DNA of 64,000 nucleotides from Promethearchaeota archaeon (GCA_048940445.1 JBHLON010000009.1:22871-86870), one strand, 5' to 3'; counted from the stretch's first letter, positions 41,781-51,243 are shown. The notes: generated by a model from the sequence alone, not told the origin. Translations and numbers: made by a program.

Positions 41781-42857
41781 ATGAAAAGTGAAGATGTTCC
41801 ATTAAAACACACCGGAATGACTTCGGAAATTGAACTCCAAAAGCAATACTTCTATGAAGGTAAAATCTTTATCCTTCAAATAGAATCCACATTAAAATGT
41901 AATCAACTATGTGATTATTGCTATGCAGGAAGTACACCTGATAGTCCTCACGGAATGAATTCTGAAAAAATCAGAGAATTATTAGATTCTGCTTCTAAAC
42001 TAGGAGTTCATATGATTGATTGGTTGGGAGGTGATCCTCTCTTAAGAAACGATTGGTACGAGTTATGTAAATATGCTTTAGAGTTAGGATTCATCAATAA
42101 TATCTGGACAAGTGGTATCCCTTTAGCAAATCCAGATACAGCAAAAAAAGCAGTAGAGGTAACTGAGGGAGGATTTATCTCCACACATTTAGATACTCTT
42201 AATCTAGAATTATATAGTATGCTACATGGAAGTGAAGGATATGATGGCAATTCCGGAAAAATTAACCTTATTCTAAATGGAATTCAAAATACACTAGCTA
42301 ATGGGAAAGATCCAAGAGCAATGGTGAATTGCATTACCTATACTTCCCCCTTAGCAGATGGGGAAGCAAAAAGAATGATTTCTTATATGCAAGACGAATT
42401 TGGTATTAAAACCTGCTTAACATTATTCAATCCAGTCATAAATCGGAATACTAATGCTTCCTGGGAACCTAATCTTGCTCAAATTAAGGATGCATTTATT
42501 CACAGAGATAAAGTGAACTATCCAGATGATCCATCATGTGGACCAATGGATGTATCAAAATTTTACTGCGGTACAGTAATTTGTGTGACTTATGATGGTT
42601 GGATTACTCCTTGTTCGGTTATTCGTACCCAAGAGTTTGGTAATGTTAATGATCAGAAGCTTCATATCTTAGTTGAAAAACATAAAGAAAGACTTCTGTT
42701 TTTAGATTTTCGAGATCCTTCCAAGCTTCCTAGAAGTTGTGCTAATTGCGTTAACAATTCATTCTGTTTTGGATGTAGAAGTAGTGCATATTATTATAAA
42801 GGAGATATTTTAGCAGCCGATCCTAAATGCTACAAATTTACCCCCAAACCTTCTTGA
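41781..42857 (+). CDS. Radical SAM protein with a SPASM domain
   Basis: CNQLCDYC (CX3CX2C), LGGDPL, C..(DG.ITPCS)..CANC.....CFGCR..AY.......DP.C. ATG 41781 follows AAGGAG/AAGGA and is preferred over TTG 41721. Confidence 0.92.
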   Translation: MKSEDVPLKHTGMTSEIELQKQYFYEGKIFILQIESTLKCNQLCDYCYAGSTPDSPHGMNSEKIRELLDSASKLGVHMIDWLGGDPLLRNDWYELCKYALELGFINNIWTSGIPLANPDTAKKAVEVTEGGFISTHLDTLNLELYSMLHGSEGYDGNSGKINLILNGIQNTLANGKDPRAMVNCITYTSPLADGEAKRMISYMQDEFGIKTCLTLFNPVINRNTNASWEPNLAQIKDAFIHRDKVNYPDDPSCGPMDVSKFYCGTVICVTYDGWITPCSVIRTQEFGNVNDQKLHILVEKHKERLLFLDFRDPSKLPRSCANCVNNSFCFGCRSSAYYYKGDILAADPKCYKFTPKPS

Positions 42858-42904
42858 GGAAGATTAGTAGATGCATTAATTTTGATATAAAAAAATGGTA
42901 AAGA

Positions 42905-43708
42905 ATGAAACATAAAAAGTATGATTTTTCAGTATGGGATGTAAGTCAGTTTTATGCTGGTTCTGGTGGTAAACTATGGGAGCTCCTTATGGGTGAACAA
43001 ATCCATGTTGGTGGAGCAGAACAAACGGATTTTTTAGCAAGGAAAGTTGGAATTGATAGAAATGAGGATATTTATCTGTTAGACATTTGTTCTGCTTTGG
43101 GGGGCCCGGTAAGACATTTAGCAGAAAAGTATAGAATTAGAGCAGTTGGATTAGATATAACTCCTGAAATGATTGAAGAAGCTAAGGCACGAACCATAGG
43201 GAAACCATATTCGGATAGAATAGAATACCGGTTAGGATCAGCTTTAGATATACCTGCACATAGTAAAACTTTTGATGTTGTATGGGGACAAGATGCGTGG
43301 TGTTATATTAGAGACAAAGCAAGACTTATAGAAGAGGCTAATAGGGTTTTGAAATCTGGAGGCTTTTTAGCATTTACAGATTGGATCTGGGGTTCAATTA
43401 ATGCTCCCGAGAACGAAGTTGATCACCTGATGGAATTTATGGTGTTCCCAGATATGCAAACACTAGATGGATACATTAGGCTCATTGGAGATATAGGATT
43501 GTTCCTTATCGAACATCAAGATCTCGGTGATAATTTTGCTCATCATATGGATAATTATGTCTTGAACCTCCAAAGAAGTAAAGCGAGCATAGTTGAAGGA
43601 TTTGGAGAAGAACTGTATATTGAAGCAGAAAAAGGAGTACTTGCTTGGCAGAAAGCAGCTCATAATAAGTGGGTAAGCAGAGGTTTATGGATTGCTAAAA
43701 AGCCTTAA
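42905..43708 (+). CDS. SAM-dependent methyltransferase (resembles sarcosine/dimethylglycine or phosphoethanolamine N-methyltransferases)
   Basis: GEQIHVGG, LDICSALGG..R.LA, FDVVWGQDAWCY and RVLKSGG...FTD motifs. Confidence 0.85.
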   Translation: MKHKKYDFSVWDVSQFYAGSGGKLWELLMGEQIHVGGAEQTDFLARKVGIDRNEDIYLLDICSALGGPVRHLAEKYRIRAVGLDITPEMIEEAKARTIGKPYSDRIEYRLGSALDIPAHSKTFDVVWGQDAWCYIRDKARLIEEANRVLKSGGFLAFTDWIWGSINAPENEVDHLMEFMVFPDMQTLDGYIRLIGDIGLFLIEHQDLGDNFAHHMDNYVLNLQRSKASIVEGFGEELYIEAEKGVLAWQKAAHNKWVSRGLWIAKKP

Positions 43709-43743
43709 TGTTCCATAAAAAGTTTAATTTGACGGTTTAAAAT

Positions 43744-44547
43744 ATGAATTCAGCAGTTATAATATTTACAAAGGTACCAATTCCAGGGTTAGTAAAAACA
43801 CGTTTAACTCATAATACATGTTTAACACAACTAGATTCTGCTAAAATTGCTGAAGCAATGCTTAAAGACACGATTACATTAGCTTCGAAAACCAATACAG
43901 ATTCAATTCATCTAGGTTATTACCCTGATGAACATGTTGCTAAACTACATGAAATTATTAATTATATTAGAAGAGAGGGCAAACTAACTAAACCTCTTGA
44001 TTTTGTACTCCAAAATGGTTCAAATTTCGATCGACGGTTTGGATCAGTTGTACAGGAAGCTTTTCGAAAAGATTTTGAAATATTGGTAATTTTAGGTGCA
44101 GATTTACCCTTTCTAAGCCCCGAAATAATTAATATGGCTTTAGAATATTTAACAAAACACAAAGACGAGAGACCAATAATTCTTGGGCCATCTATAGGAG
44201 GGGGGATATATCTGATTGGTTTCACTAATAATTTTAATCCAAGTTGGTTTTCAGATTACCAATTATTTAGTAGTGGTTTAGAATTATCTAAAGTCGCTAA
44301 TTTCTGTAAAGAAAATAACTTTCTATTGAATTCTCTCCCTCCCTATGGAGACGTAGACATTGAAGAAGATTTAGTAACCCTAATATCTTATATCAATTTG
44401 CTTAAAAATTCAGAGAAATACGTTGGTTTCCATTATCCGTATTTTACTGCCAAAATCATAGAACAATTACGTCTTACTATTGTTGAAGAAAAAAATCAAA
44501 CACGTCAACGAAAAATCTCAAAAAAAGATGATTCCTCTTTGTTATGA
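43744..44547 (+). CDS. TIGR04282/DUF2064-type transferase (CofC-like fold; 'rSAM/selenodomain-associated transferase 1')
   Basis: IIFTKVPIPGLVKTRL, Q.G..F..R, ILGADLP, LGPSIGGGIYLIG and DVDIEEDL motifs. Confidence 0.85.
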   Translation: MNSAVIIFTKVPIPGLVKTRLTHNTCLTQLDSAKIAEAMLKDTITLASKTNTDSIHLGYYPDEHVAKLHEIINYIRREGKLTKPLDFVLQNGSNFDRRFGSVVQEAFRKDFEILVILGADLPFLSPEIINMALEYLTKHKDERPIILGPSIGGGIYLIGFTNNFNPSWFSDYQLFSSGLELSKVANFCKENNFLLNSLPPYGDVDIEEDLVTLISYINLLKNSEKYVGFHYPYFTAKIIEQLRLTIVEEKNQTRQRKISKKDDSSLL

Positions 44548-45317
44548 TTGTGAGTATTATTATCATTACTTTGAATGAAGAAGAAAATATTGAATTAGCC
44601 ATACAGAATGTTCGCCTAGCAGCACGATTGCCCTCTGGAAAAGTTGTTCCTATTGAAATTATTGTTAGTGATGGTGGATCCACAGATGGAACTCTTAAAA
44701 TTGCTCAAAAACTAGCGGATAAGGTGATCATTGGCTCACAAGGAAGATATAAGCAACTTAATACTGGTGCGAAGCGTGCTAAGGGAGAAATTCTACTCTT
44801 TTTACATGCTGATTCCATTTTACCAGAAGGTGCAATAGCTCGTATTCTACATAGATTAAGAGATCCAATGGTCATTGGAGGAGGGTTTAAAAAACACTGG
44901 AATTGGAATCCTAATACGAAACGATCATCATTTCTTAAGTTTCTCAGCTTCTGGTGGCAAGGAATAGGTAATTGGCTTGTAATCTTGTTGAGAACTTATC
45001 CTGGAGATAATGCAATCTTTGTTCGTAAATCCGTTTATAACAAAATTGGTGGCTTTCGCCCTTTATGGATATGCGAGGATTTTGACTTTTCACGGCGCTT
45101 GAAAAAGTATGGGAAGAAACGATTTATATATATACATTCCCCAATACTAACATCAACTAGGCGATATGAAAAGTATGGATTCTTATATACAAATCTAATA
45201 TGGTTTTTTATATATTTGTTCTGGCGTATAGGTATGCCCCAAGAACGCCTAAAAGACAAATTTAATAAATACATAATAACTCCAGAGAGAGAGTATAGAA
45301 AATATCTTAGATTTTAA
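44544..45317 (+). CDS. TIGR04283-type GT2 glycosyltransferase ('rSAM/selenodomain-associated transferase 2')
   Basis: LNEEENI, VSDGGSTDGT, GR..QLN.GA, LFLHAD, GDNAIFVR, GGF....ICED and TSTRR motifs; ATGA overlap with the upstream gene. Confidence 0.88.
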   Translation: MIVSIIIITLNEEENIELAIQNVRLAARLPSGKVVPIEIIVSDGGSTDGTLKIAQKLADKVIIGSQGRYKQLNTGAKRAKGEILLFLHADSILPEGAIARILHRLRDPMVIGGGFKKHWNWNPNTKRSSFLKFLSFWWQGIGNWLVILLRTYPGDNAIFVRKSVYNKIGGFRPLWICEDFDFSRRLKKYGKKRFIYIHSPILTSTRRYEKYGFLYTNLIWFFIYLFWRIGMPQERLKDKFNKYIITPEREYRKYLRF

Positions 45318-45372
45318 GAGTTTGACAGAATTAAAAATTATAACAATAAAAAATTTAAAAGAAAAAAAATGA

Positions 45373-45996
45373 GTGGTGATTAGTATGAGAATTGGTATTA
45401 TTGGAACAGGAAACATTGGCCGCACGCTCGGTAAGAAATGGATTAATGCTGGACATCAGGTTAAATTTGGAACTCGCAACCTAAGTAAGGAAGATACTAT
45501 ATCTTTTGTAAAAAGTCTGGGTAGCAATGCTTCGTTTTCAAACATTAAAGAAGCAATTAGCACTAGTGAAATCATTGTACTTGCTATTCCAGGAAGTGTT
45601 GTGCAAGAATTTTTTAGTGCTTATGGAAAAGATCTAACGGGGAAGGTTATAATCGATCCCTCAAATAATATTAACGCTGAGACTATGAACAGCTTACAAT
45701 ACTTTAACAAATTCGTTGAAGAGTCTGAATATTATAGAGCATTCAACAGTTTGGGATGGGAGAATTATGATAATCCTACATTCGGAACATTAAAAGCAGA
45801 TTTACTTTATTGTGGATCAAATAATAAAGGCCAAAGTAAGGTTGAACAGCTTATTAAGAACGTTGGTCTTAACCCAATCTGTATAGGTGGACTTGAGGTT
45901 ATTTCGATTGTAGATTCAATACTAGGGGTATGGTTTCAATTAGCATTGAAGAAAGGCTATGGCAGGCATCTAGCCTTTAAAGTATTAAAAGATTAA
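45373..45996 (+). CDS. F420-dependent NADP oxidoreductase-like dinucleotide-binding protein
   Basis: IGIIGTGNIG, GH.V.FGTR, LAIP, GKVIID.SN and RAFN motifs. Confidence 0.82.
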   Translation: MVISMRIGIIGTGNIGRTLGKKWINAGHQVKFGTRNLSKEDTISFVKSLGSNASFSNIKEAISTSEIIVLAIPGSVVQEFFSAYGKDLTGKVIIDPSNNINAETMNSLQYFNKFVEESEYYRAFNSLGWENYDNPTFGTLKADLLYCGSNNKGQSKVEQLIKNVGLNPICIGGLEVISIVDSILGVWFQLALKKGYGRHLAFKVLKD

Positions 45997-46043
45997 GCTA
46001 TCAATACAAAATATTACTGAAATTTTTTTCAAAAGTTGCATCA

Positions 46044-46306
46044 TTTCGCCCTTTATAGATCTGTGAAGATTTTATTTTTCAAGATGCTTGAAAAAGTATG
46101 TAAAGAAACAATTTACATATATACATTCCTCAGTACTAACATCAACCAACCATTATGAAAAGTATGTATTCTTATATACAAATCTAATATGATTTTCTAT
46201 GTATTTGCTTTGGTGTATAGGCATCCCACAAGAACACCTAAAAGTTAAATTTAAAACATCCAAAATGAGTCCAAGGAGAACTCATAGGAAATATCCTATA
46301 TTTTAA
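46044..46306 (+). pseudogene. Decayed duplicate of the 3' end (45054-45317) of the TIGR04283-type gene
   Basis: Manual alignment gives about 48 differences in 264 nt (about 82% identity), one 1-nt deletion, TGG>TAG and TGG>TGA stops, and the same terminal ATTTTAA. Confidence 0.9.
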
Positions 46307-46436
46307 TATTTTTTAGAATTTTTGAAAGTGTATATTTCCAATTTCAGTAATGTTGCAGAATTACTACCTGAAAGGAAGAATATTAAATTTAATATAGGTA
46401 ATCTAAGATGATATTATTAAAAAGAAATTATTAGAT

Positions 46437-47360
46437 GTGAAAATATTGTTCATCAATTCAATGTCAAGATATAAAAGCTACATGCTTGTACTATTCGTTC
46501 TAATCCTAGTAATACTGATACCTTCTAATCCGTATAAAAATCAAATTCAGCAAAAGACCTCCCAATTTAATACAAGTGCAATCCCAAATAGGTATAAAAT
46601 TACTGTGAATTATCCTTATAACTGGATTGATGCTTCTAGTGGAATCGAATTAATACTTGGTGATGATAATCACGCTTCAACTACACTCCCATTTAACTTC
46701 ACCTTTTATGACAATAGCTTTACAAAACTTCACATTGTAACAGAGGGTTATTTAACTTTTTCATTTAAGTCCGTTCAAAAGACCGGAACAATACCTTCAA
46801 GTCATCCACATCAGCGAAACATCATTGCCCCATATTGGAACAACTTGGATGGAAATTTAGGGCAAATATACATTAAAAATTATAGTTCTTACTGGATAGT
46901 TGCTTGGGAAAATTATCATCTTGATAATGGTTCATTTTTAGGCACTTTTGAAGCTATTTTGTACAATAATGGTGATATTGTCTTTAATTATGATATATTA
47001 GCAAATGTAAGTACCTACTCTTGCGGTTTAAATTATGGAGATGGAGTTAATTATAGTTCTTATAACGAATTATTCTCTGGTGTTAATGATTTTTCAATAA
47101 AGTTTAGTTCTGTTATTGGTGGGGGTAATGGGGCTATTGATAATACTCTAACAAATATAATTATTGGGGTGGTTGTAACTCTAGGCGCCATAGCTATAAT
47201 TGGGGGAATCACTATATATTACTATAGAAAGAATCCAGAACAGTTTAAAGCAAGGTTAAGTCGAGGGAAAGCCAAAATTAAAGAGGGTATATCAAAATTG
47301 AAGGAAAAAGGAAGCAAAGAGAAAAAAAGAATAAAACATAAGACACCCAATAATGAATAA
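46437..47360 (+). CDS. Type I membrane surface protein with a NIDO-like extracellular domain
   Basis: Signal peptide; GDD.....LPFNFTFYD.......GYLTF...IIAPYW.NLD...FEAILY.NG.I.FNY; Gly linker, TM, Lys-rich tail. Confidence 0.7.
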   Translation: MKILFINSMSRYKSYMLVLFVLILVILIPSNPYKNQIQQKTSQFNTSAIPNRYKITVNYPYNWIDASSGIELILGDDNHASTTLPFNFTFYDNSFTKLHIVTEGYLTFSFKSVQKTGTIPSSHPHQRNIIAPYWNNLDGNLGQIYIKNYSSYWIVAWENYHLDNGSFLGTFEAILYNNGDIVFNYDILANVSTYSCGLNYGDGVNYSSYNELFSGVNDFSIKFSSVIGGGNGAIDNTLTNIIIGVVVTLGAIAIIGGITIYYYRKNPEQFKARLSRGKAKIKEGISKLKEKGSKEKKRIKHKTPNNE

Positions 47361-47438
47361 TTATAAAAAATAAGAGAGAGCTTTAAATAATAGAATCAGC
47401 CACACTTTAAGCATTATACATACAAATCACAAACCTAG

Positions 47439-48866
47439 CTAAAGATTAGTTGATTTTAGTCTCGATGGTTTCACTCGTTCCAAAACAGTAAGAAAATGTT
47501 CCATTTTAATTCTAATATTTTCTAAAATACTGATCGGAATTGGAACGTCATAATCAATTTCATGCATAATTTCACTTGCTGCTATCATTGAGGCTTCCAT
47601 TACTAATGCCTTGAGATTTGCTCCAACAAAACCTTCGGTTTTTTCTGAAATAATGCGTAGATTAACATCTTCATTTAAAGGTACCCCACGTGTATGAATC
47701 TTTAAAATTTCGTATCTTCCATCTACACTGGGAGGCTTAATCTCAATTTCTCTATCAAATATTCCCGGTCGCCGCAAGGACTTATCAACATCGTCTATTC
47801 TACTAGTTTCACCGATTACTATTACATCTCCTCGACTTGTTATTCCATCCATTAATGTTAAAAACTGAGCAAAAACTCTTCTATCTCTATTATCTATTAC
47901 AAATGATTCTTTTGGAGCAAGAACGTCTATCTTATCGAAATAAATTATCGATGGAGCATTTAGCTCAGCCTCTTGAAATATTTCTCTGAGTTTACGTTCA
48001 CTAGAACCATAATATTTGCCTATAATTTCAGGACTATTCACTATAATAAAGTGTGCTTTACTTTCATGTGATATGGCTCTTGCTAGTAAGGTTTTTCCTA
48101 CTCCTGGAACTCCGTATAATAAAACACTTCGAGGAGGATTCACGTTTAGTCTTTGAAAAATCTCAGGATGTTTTAAAGGTAACTCGATAATTTCTCGAAT
48201 TTTTTGGATTTCATCGCTTAACCCTCCAACATCATCATAAGTGGTAACCCCTCCAGATACATTCAAAACAGCTACTTTTTTATTAACCTTAATAGCTGTA
48301 TCCCGAGTGATTTTTACTATTTTATCAGAGGGAATTGCATTTTCAACGATCAATCTTAACAAGCCTAGAGTGGGGCGCTTTCTTTGGGTCTTTACCAACA
48401 TGTTCATAATTTCATTCATAGGATTACTTGGATCACTCTTTTGATATACAACTCCTAAAACTTCAACAATATCCCCTATAACAACTGGTTTCTCAATTAA
48501 CTTCGCTTTTATGGCATCTACTTGTTTTATAAGATCAAAGTTAGCTTTAGTAGGAGTTAGTTCAATCTCTTCAGCGGGGACCACTTGTGCTGCTTTAATA
48601 TTTACAAATTCGCCAATTGTAGCTCCTGCATTTAGTCTTTGAAGACCATCTAATCTAATAATCCTCTTTCCTCTATCATTAATATTCGATACAACAATAC
48701 CGGCCGTCTTTTTTTTTCCTCTTATTTCAATAATATTTCCAGTGGTTAAACCTAATTCCTCAAGAACAATTCCATCTATATAAGCTAGGGATCGACCACT
48801 ACGGCTCTTATCAAGGTCTTCAATTCTTAATTTTACTTCTTTCCTTTTTGAACCCTTTGAGAACAT
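47439..48866 (-). CDS. Single-AAA Cdc48/p97 paralog (N-domain + D1 only) with degenerate catalytic motifs
   Basis: CDC48 N-domain (IRLDG.QR.NAG..IGE.V), YDDVGGL..EIQKIREIIELPLKHPE, Walker A GVPGVGKT, Walker B IIYFDKID, GETSR, LRRPGIFDRE. The protein ends at VKPSRLKS, the D1-D2 linker. Confidence 0.9.
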   Translation of the reverse strand: MFSKGSKRKEVKLRIEDLDKSRSGRSLAYIDGIVLEELGLTTGNIIEIRGKKKTAGIVVSNINDRGKRIIRLDGLQRLNAGATIGEFVNIKAAQVVPAEEIELTPTKANFDLIKQVDAIKAKLIEKPVVIGDIVEVLGVVYQKSDPSNPMNEIMNMLVKTQRKRPTLGLLRLIVENAIPSDKIVKITRDTAIKVNKKVAVLNVSGGVTTYDDVGGLSDEIQKIREIIELPLKHPEIFQRLNVNPPRSVLLYGVPGVGKTLLARAISHESKAHFIIVNSPEIIGKYYGSSERKLREIFQEAELNAPSIIYFDKIDVLAPKESFVIDNRDRRVFAQFLTLMDGITSRGDVIVIGETSRIDDVDKSLRRPGIFDREIEIKPPSVDGRYEILKIHTRGVPLNEDVNLRIISEKTEGFVGANLKALVMEASMIAASEIMHEIDYDVPIPISILENIRIKMEHFLTVLERVKPSRLKSTNL

Positions 48867-48906
48867 ATCCTCTCTTATTTCCTTTTTATAAAGTTTTATA
48901 TTTGGA

Positions 48907-50433
48907 TCAATTTTTAATTTCGACTGGAATTATGGTAACATTCTTCTTTGATCCACCTCCCCCTCCAGGAGGTTTAAAGATAAATGGAAATGGAAAAAAT
49001 CCTCCCTCATTATCATCCTTTTTATGTCCACACCATTCACAGATATCTTTACCCTTGGTCATTATTCTTCCACAGTAAGAGCATCTCGATTCAAGTTTCC
49101 TATATCGTTCTAAAATCTTCTGTTTTAGGATTAATTTTTCTTTCAAAGCATCAATCTTTGGGAAAGGATTGTTATTTAAAAATTCATTCGTAATAGACTC
49201 CAAATCTTCATTAAAAGGTCTTCTTGATAAATTGTGATGTTGCTCTATAAGCTTCTGATTAATTAGTTGAATATATCCTTTAATATCATTTCCAGTTTTT
49301 TCATCAACTTGATCGACAAGATTTTCCAATGCATTTTTTAGATTATTTAAAAATTCAGGAAACCTGTATCTTGAGAAAAGTGGGAAAGTAGAAACCATAG
49401 GCGCTCTTTGAATTAGGGAAAAAAAGACGTTTTTACTTTCGGGTAGTTCTAGAATTTGTAATAATATATATTCAATCAATCTTGGAAATTTCAAAATACA
49501 TGATCTTAAAAAATGAAATAACATTTTCGGCTCAGCAGAAAGTTTTTTAATTAAATTAGTCGATTCTAATATTGATTGAAATTCAGTAGGAGTAAATTCT
49601 TGGATATATCCTTGAGCGAGCAGATATTGAACAACAGAAGGACAGCCACTCTCAAGCCTTTGAGCAATCTCTTCTTTATAAACCTTTCTTGCTTTTGGAT
49701 CTCCTGCCCTAGTTAACTCTCTTAATAAAGGAAATGAAATGTTGCTCATTAAAATCCTAGTATCATAATCATGCTCAACCCAAGTTTGGAGATTTGAACT
49801 ATGCCCCCAAAATTCTTCCTTTGGGGTAATATTATGGTATTGATCTCTAATTGGAGCTGCCATAGGTCCAGTCACGATTCTGTTTTGATATAAGTGTTTA
49901 TTATATAATTTAGCAGCCTCATCTATAGACTCCACCTCATCATATAAAGGTACATCAGTCTTAGGTATATTTAAGATTAAACGAATACATTGAATAAACC
50001 TTCTACCATTAACATAAATATATATCCTTCCATTCTCCAATCTCAGCGTTATATACTGATTAATTTCTTTTTCAAGTGAGGCGGTTGGTCTATATCTATG
50101 ATCCATCTCAGCTCTTATCCAATCTATATTATTTTTTATAGCTGCATTAGGGAGCCAATTTGCTTTAAAGGCATTCTTTTTCATATCGATATTTGCATGG
50201 TTCCTAGCTGTGCCAAAAGCATTTTTTTTGAGGATTTTTTTATGCTTCTTAGAGTTAAGAATGTAAATGTAATAAATAACCATAATAACCCATAATATGA
50301 TAAAAAATGTGAATCCAATTAGCGCTAATCCACTTAAAATGAAAGCAGCAGTAAAGCTAAAGATCATTATAATAGATAAAAATATTACATAAAAAAAACC
50401 TTTAATTCGCTCTCTCATCTTTTTCTCACCCAA
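48907..50433 (-). CDS. Membrane-anchored Lokiarchaeal-domain protein with a C-terminal zinc ribbon and Phe/Pro/Gly tail
   Basis: Two N-terminal TMs; INQYITLRLENG..IYVNG..F.QC...SIDEAA...EEFWGHSSNLQTW...YDTRIL...FPLL.EL..AGDP.A..V.KEEI..R; CSYC..CEWC; FFPFPFIFKPPGGGGG. Confidence 0.8.
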   Translation of the reverse strand: MGEKKMRERIKGFFYVIFLSIIMIFSFTAAFILSGLALIGFTFFIILWVIMVIYYIYILNSKKHKKILKKNAFGTARNHANIDMKKNAFKANWLPNAAIKNNIDWIRAEMDHRYRPTASLEKEINQYITLRLENGRIYIYVNGRRFIQCIRLILNIPKTDVPLYDEVESIDEAAKLYNKHLYQNRIVTGPMAAPIRDQYHNITPKEEFWGHSSNLQTWVEHDYDTRILMSNISFPLLRELTRAGDPKARKVYKEEIAQRLESGCPSVVQYLLAQGYIQEFTPTEFQSILESTNLIKKLSAEPKMLFHFLRSCILKFPRLIEYILLQILELPESKNVFFSLIQRAPMVSTFPLFSRYRFPEFLNNLKNALENLVDQVDEKTGNDIKGYIQLINQKLIEQHHNLSRRPFNEDLESITNEFLNNNPFPKIDALKEKLILKQKILERYRKLESRCSYCGRIMTKGKDICEWCGHKKDDNEGGFFPFPFIFKPPGGGGGSKKNVTIIPVEIKN

Positions 50434-50765
50434 TTATTAACACAGAAATCCAATTATTTATATATTTTACTTTTTAAATCCTACTTTTTGTAATAATTCT
50501 ATCAATAGAACTTTATTAAAGGCGACAATTAACCGCGGAATACATGATTCCAGCAAGTATGGGCCATCATCAATTTTTTTTTTAAAGGGAACCAAAGATC
50601 TTTCCCTTATATTAGTCCCAAAATAATATTTTAACTTATCAATATATAGATATATCACATTCCTATCAATAAGATTAATTCATATTCCATTTAAACAAAA
50701 AATTAACATAAAAATTAATTAGATTAATAAAAAGATTATAATTCGTCAACTTAATTAATAACAAG

Positions 50766-50993
50766 TTAATGTGCTGCTTTATCTCTTTTATATTTTCTAT
50801 AAATTCTCATTCCAATGAATCCTATTATTATACCTAATACAATACCTAAAAGTAAAAAGCCATTATAATATACAAAAAGTTCTATTAATCCAATTGTTAT
50901 AATAACATTTAAACAAAATATCACTAACGTCAACCACTTTATTCTCTCCAAAATCTCTTTCTTGGTAAAATACTCTCTTTGTTCAATCTCCAT
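50766..50993 (-). CDS. Small 2-TM membrane protein
   Basis: GAGGGGTGA SD, two hydrophobic helices and a basic tail. Confidence 0.7.
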   Translation of the reverse strand: MEIEQREYFTKKEILERIKWLTLVIFCLNVIITIGLIELFVYYNGFLLLGIVLGIIIGFIGMRIYRKYKRDKAAH

Positions 50994-51243
50994 CCTTTTT
51001 CACCCCTCTCATATATTTTTAAGTAACTTATATAAAACCAGATATTAATATGCATATCTTAGCATAAAAATATTTAGTTCTTCTATAATGCACTATATTA
51101 TTGAAATAACTAATATCGAATCATATTTCAAACTCAAATATTCTTTTAATCCCTTGTTTTTAATTTATAATAACTAGGGTTATTTACTATTAATCACTTC
51201 CATTATTGAATTTCAAATAATAAAATGTGAGACAAGATAGAAA

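Noticed and set aside
42855-42890. TGA at the end of the radical SAM gene as Sec
   Set aside because: The SPASM motif is already complete, and readthrough adds only about 10 unremarkable residues.
45054-46306. Repeat pair as a diversity-generating retroelement template/variable region
   Set aside because: Mismatches are not adenine-specific (only about a third have A in the non-coding copy; many are C/T changes), there is an indel, and no reverse transcriptase is present in the window.
50467-50658. 63-aa ORF upstream of the membrane zinc-ribbon gene
   Set aside because: No motif and no SD; overlaps likely promoter DNA, so it cannot be supported.
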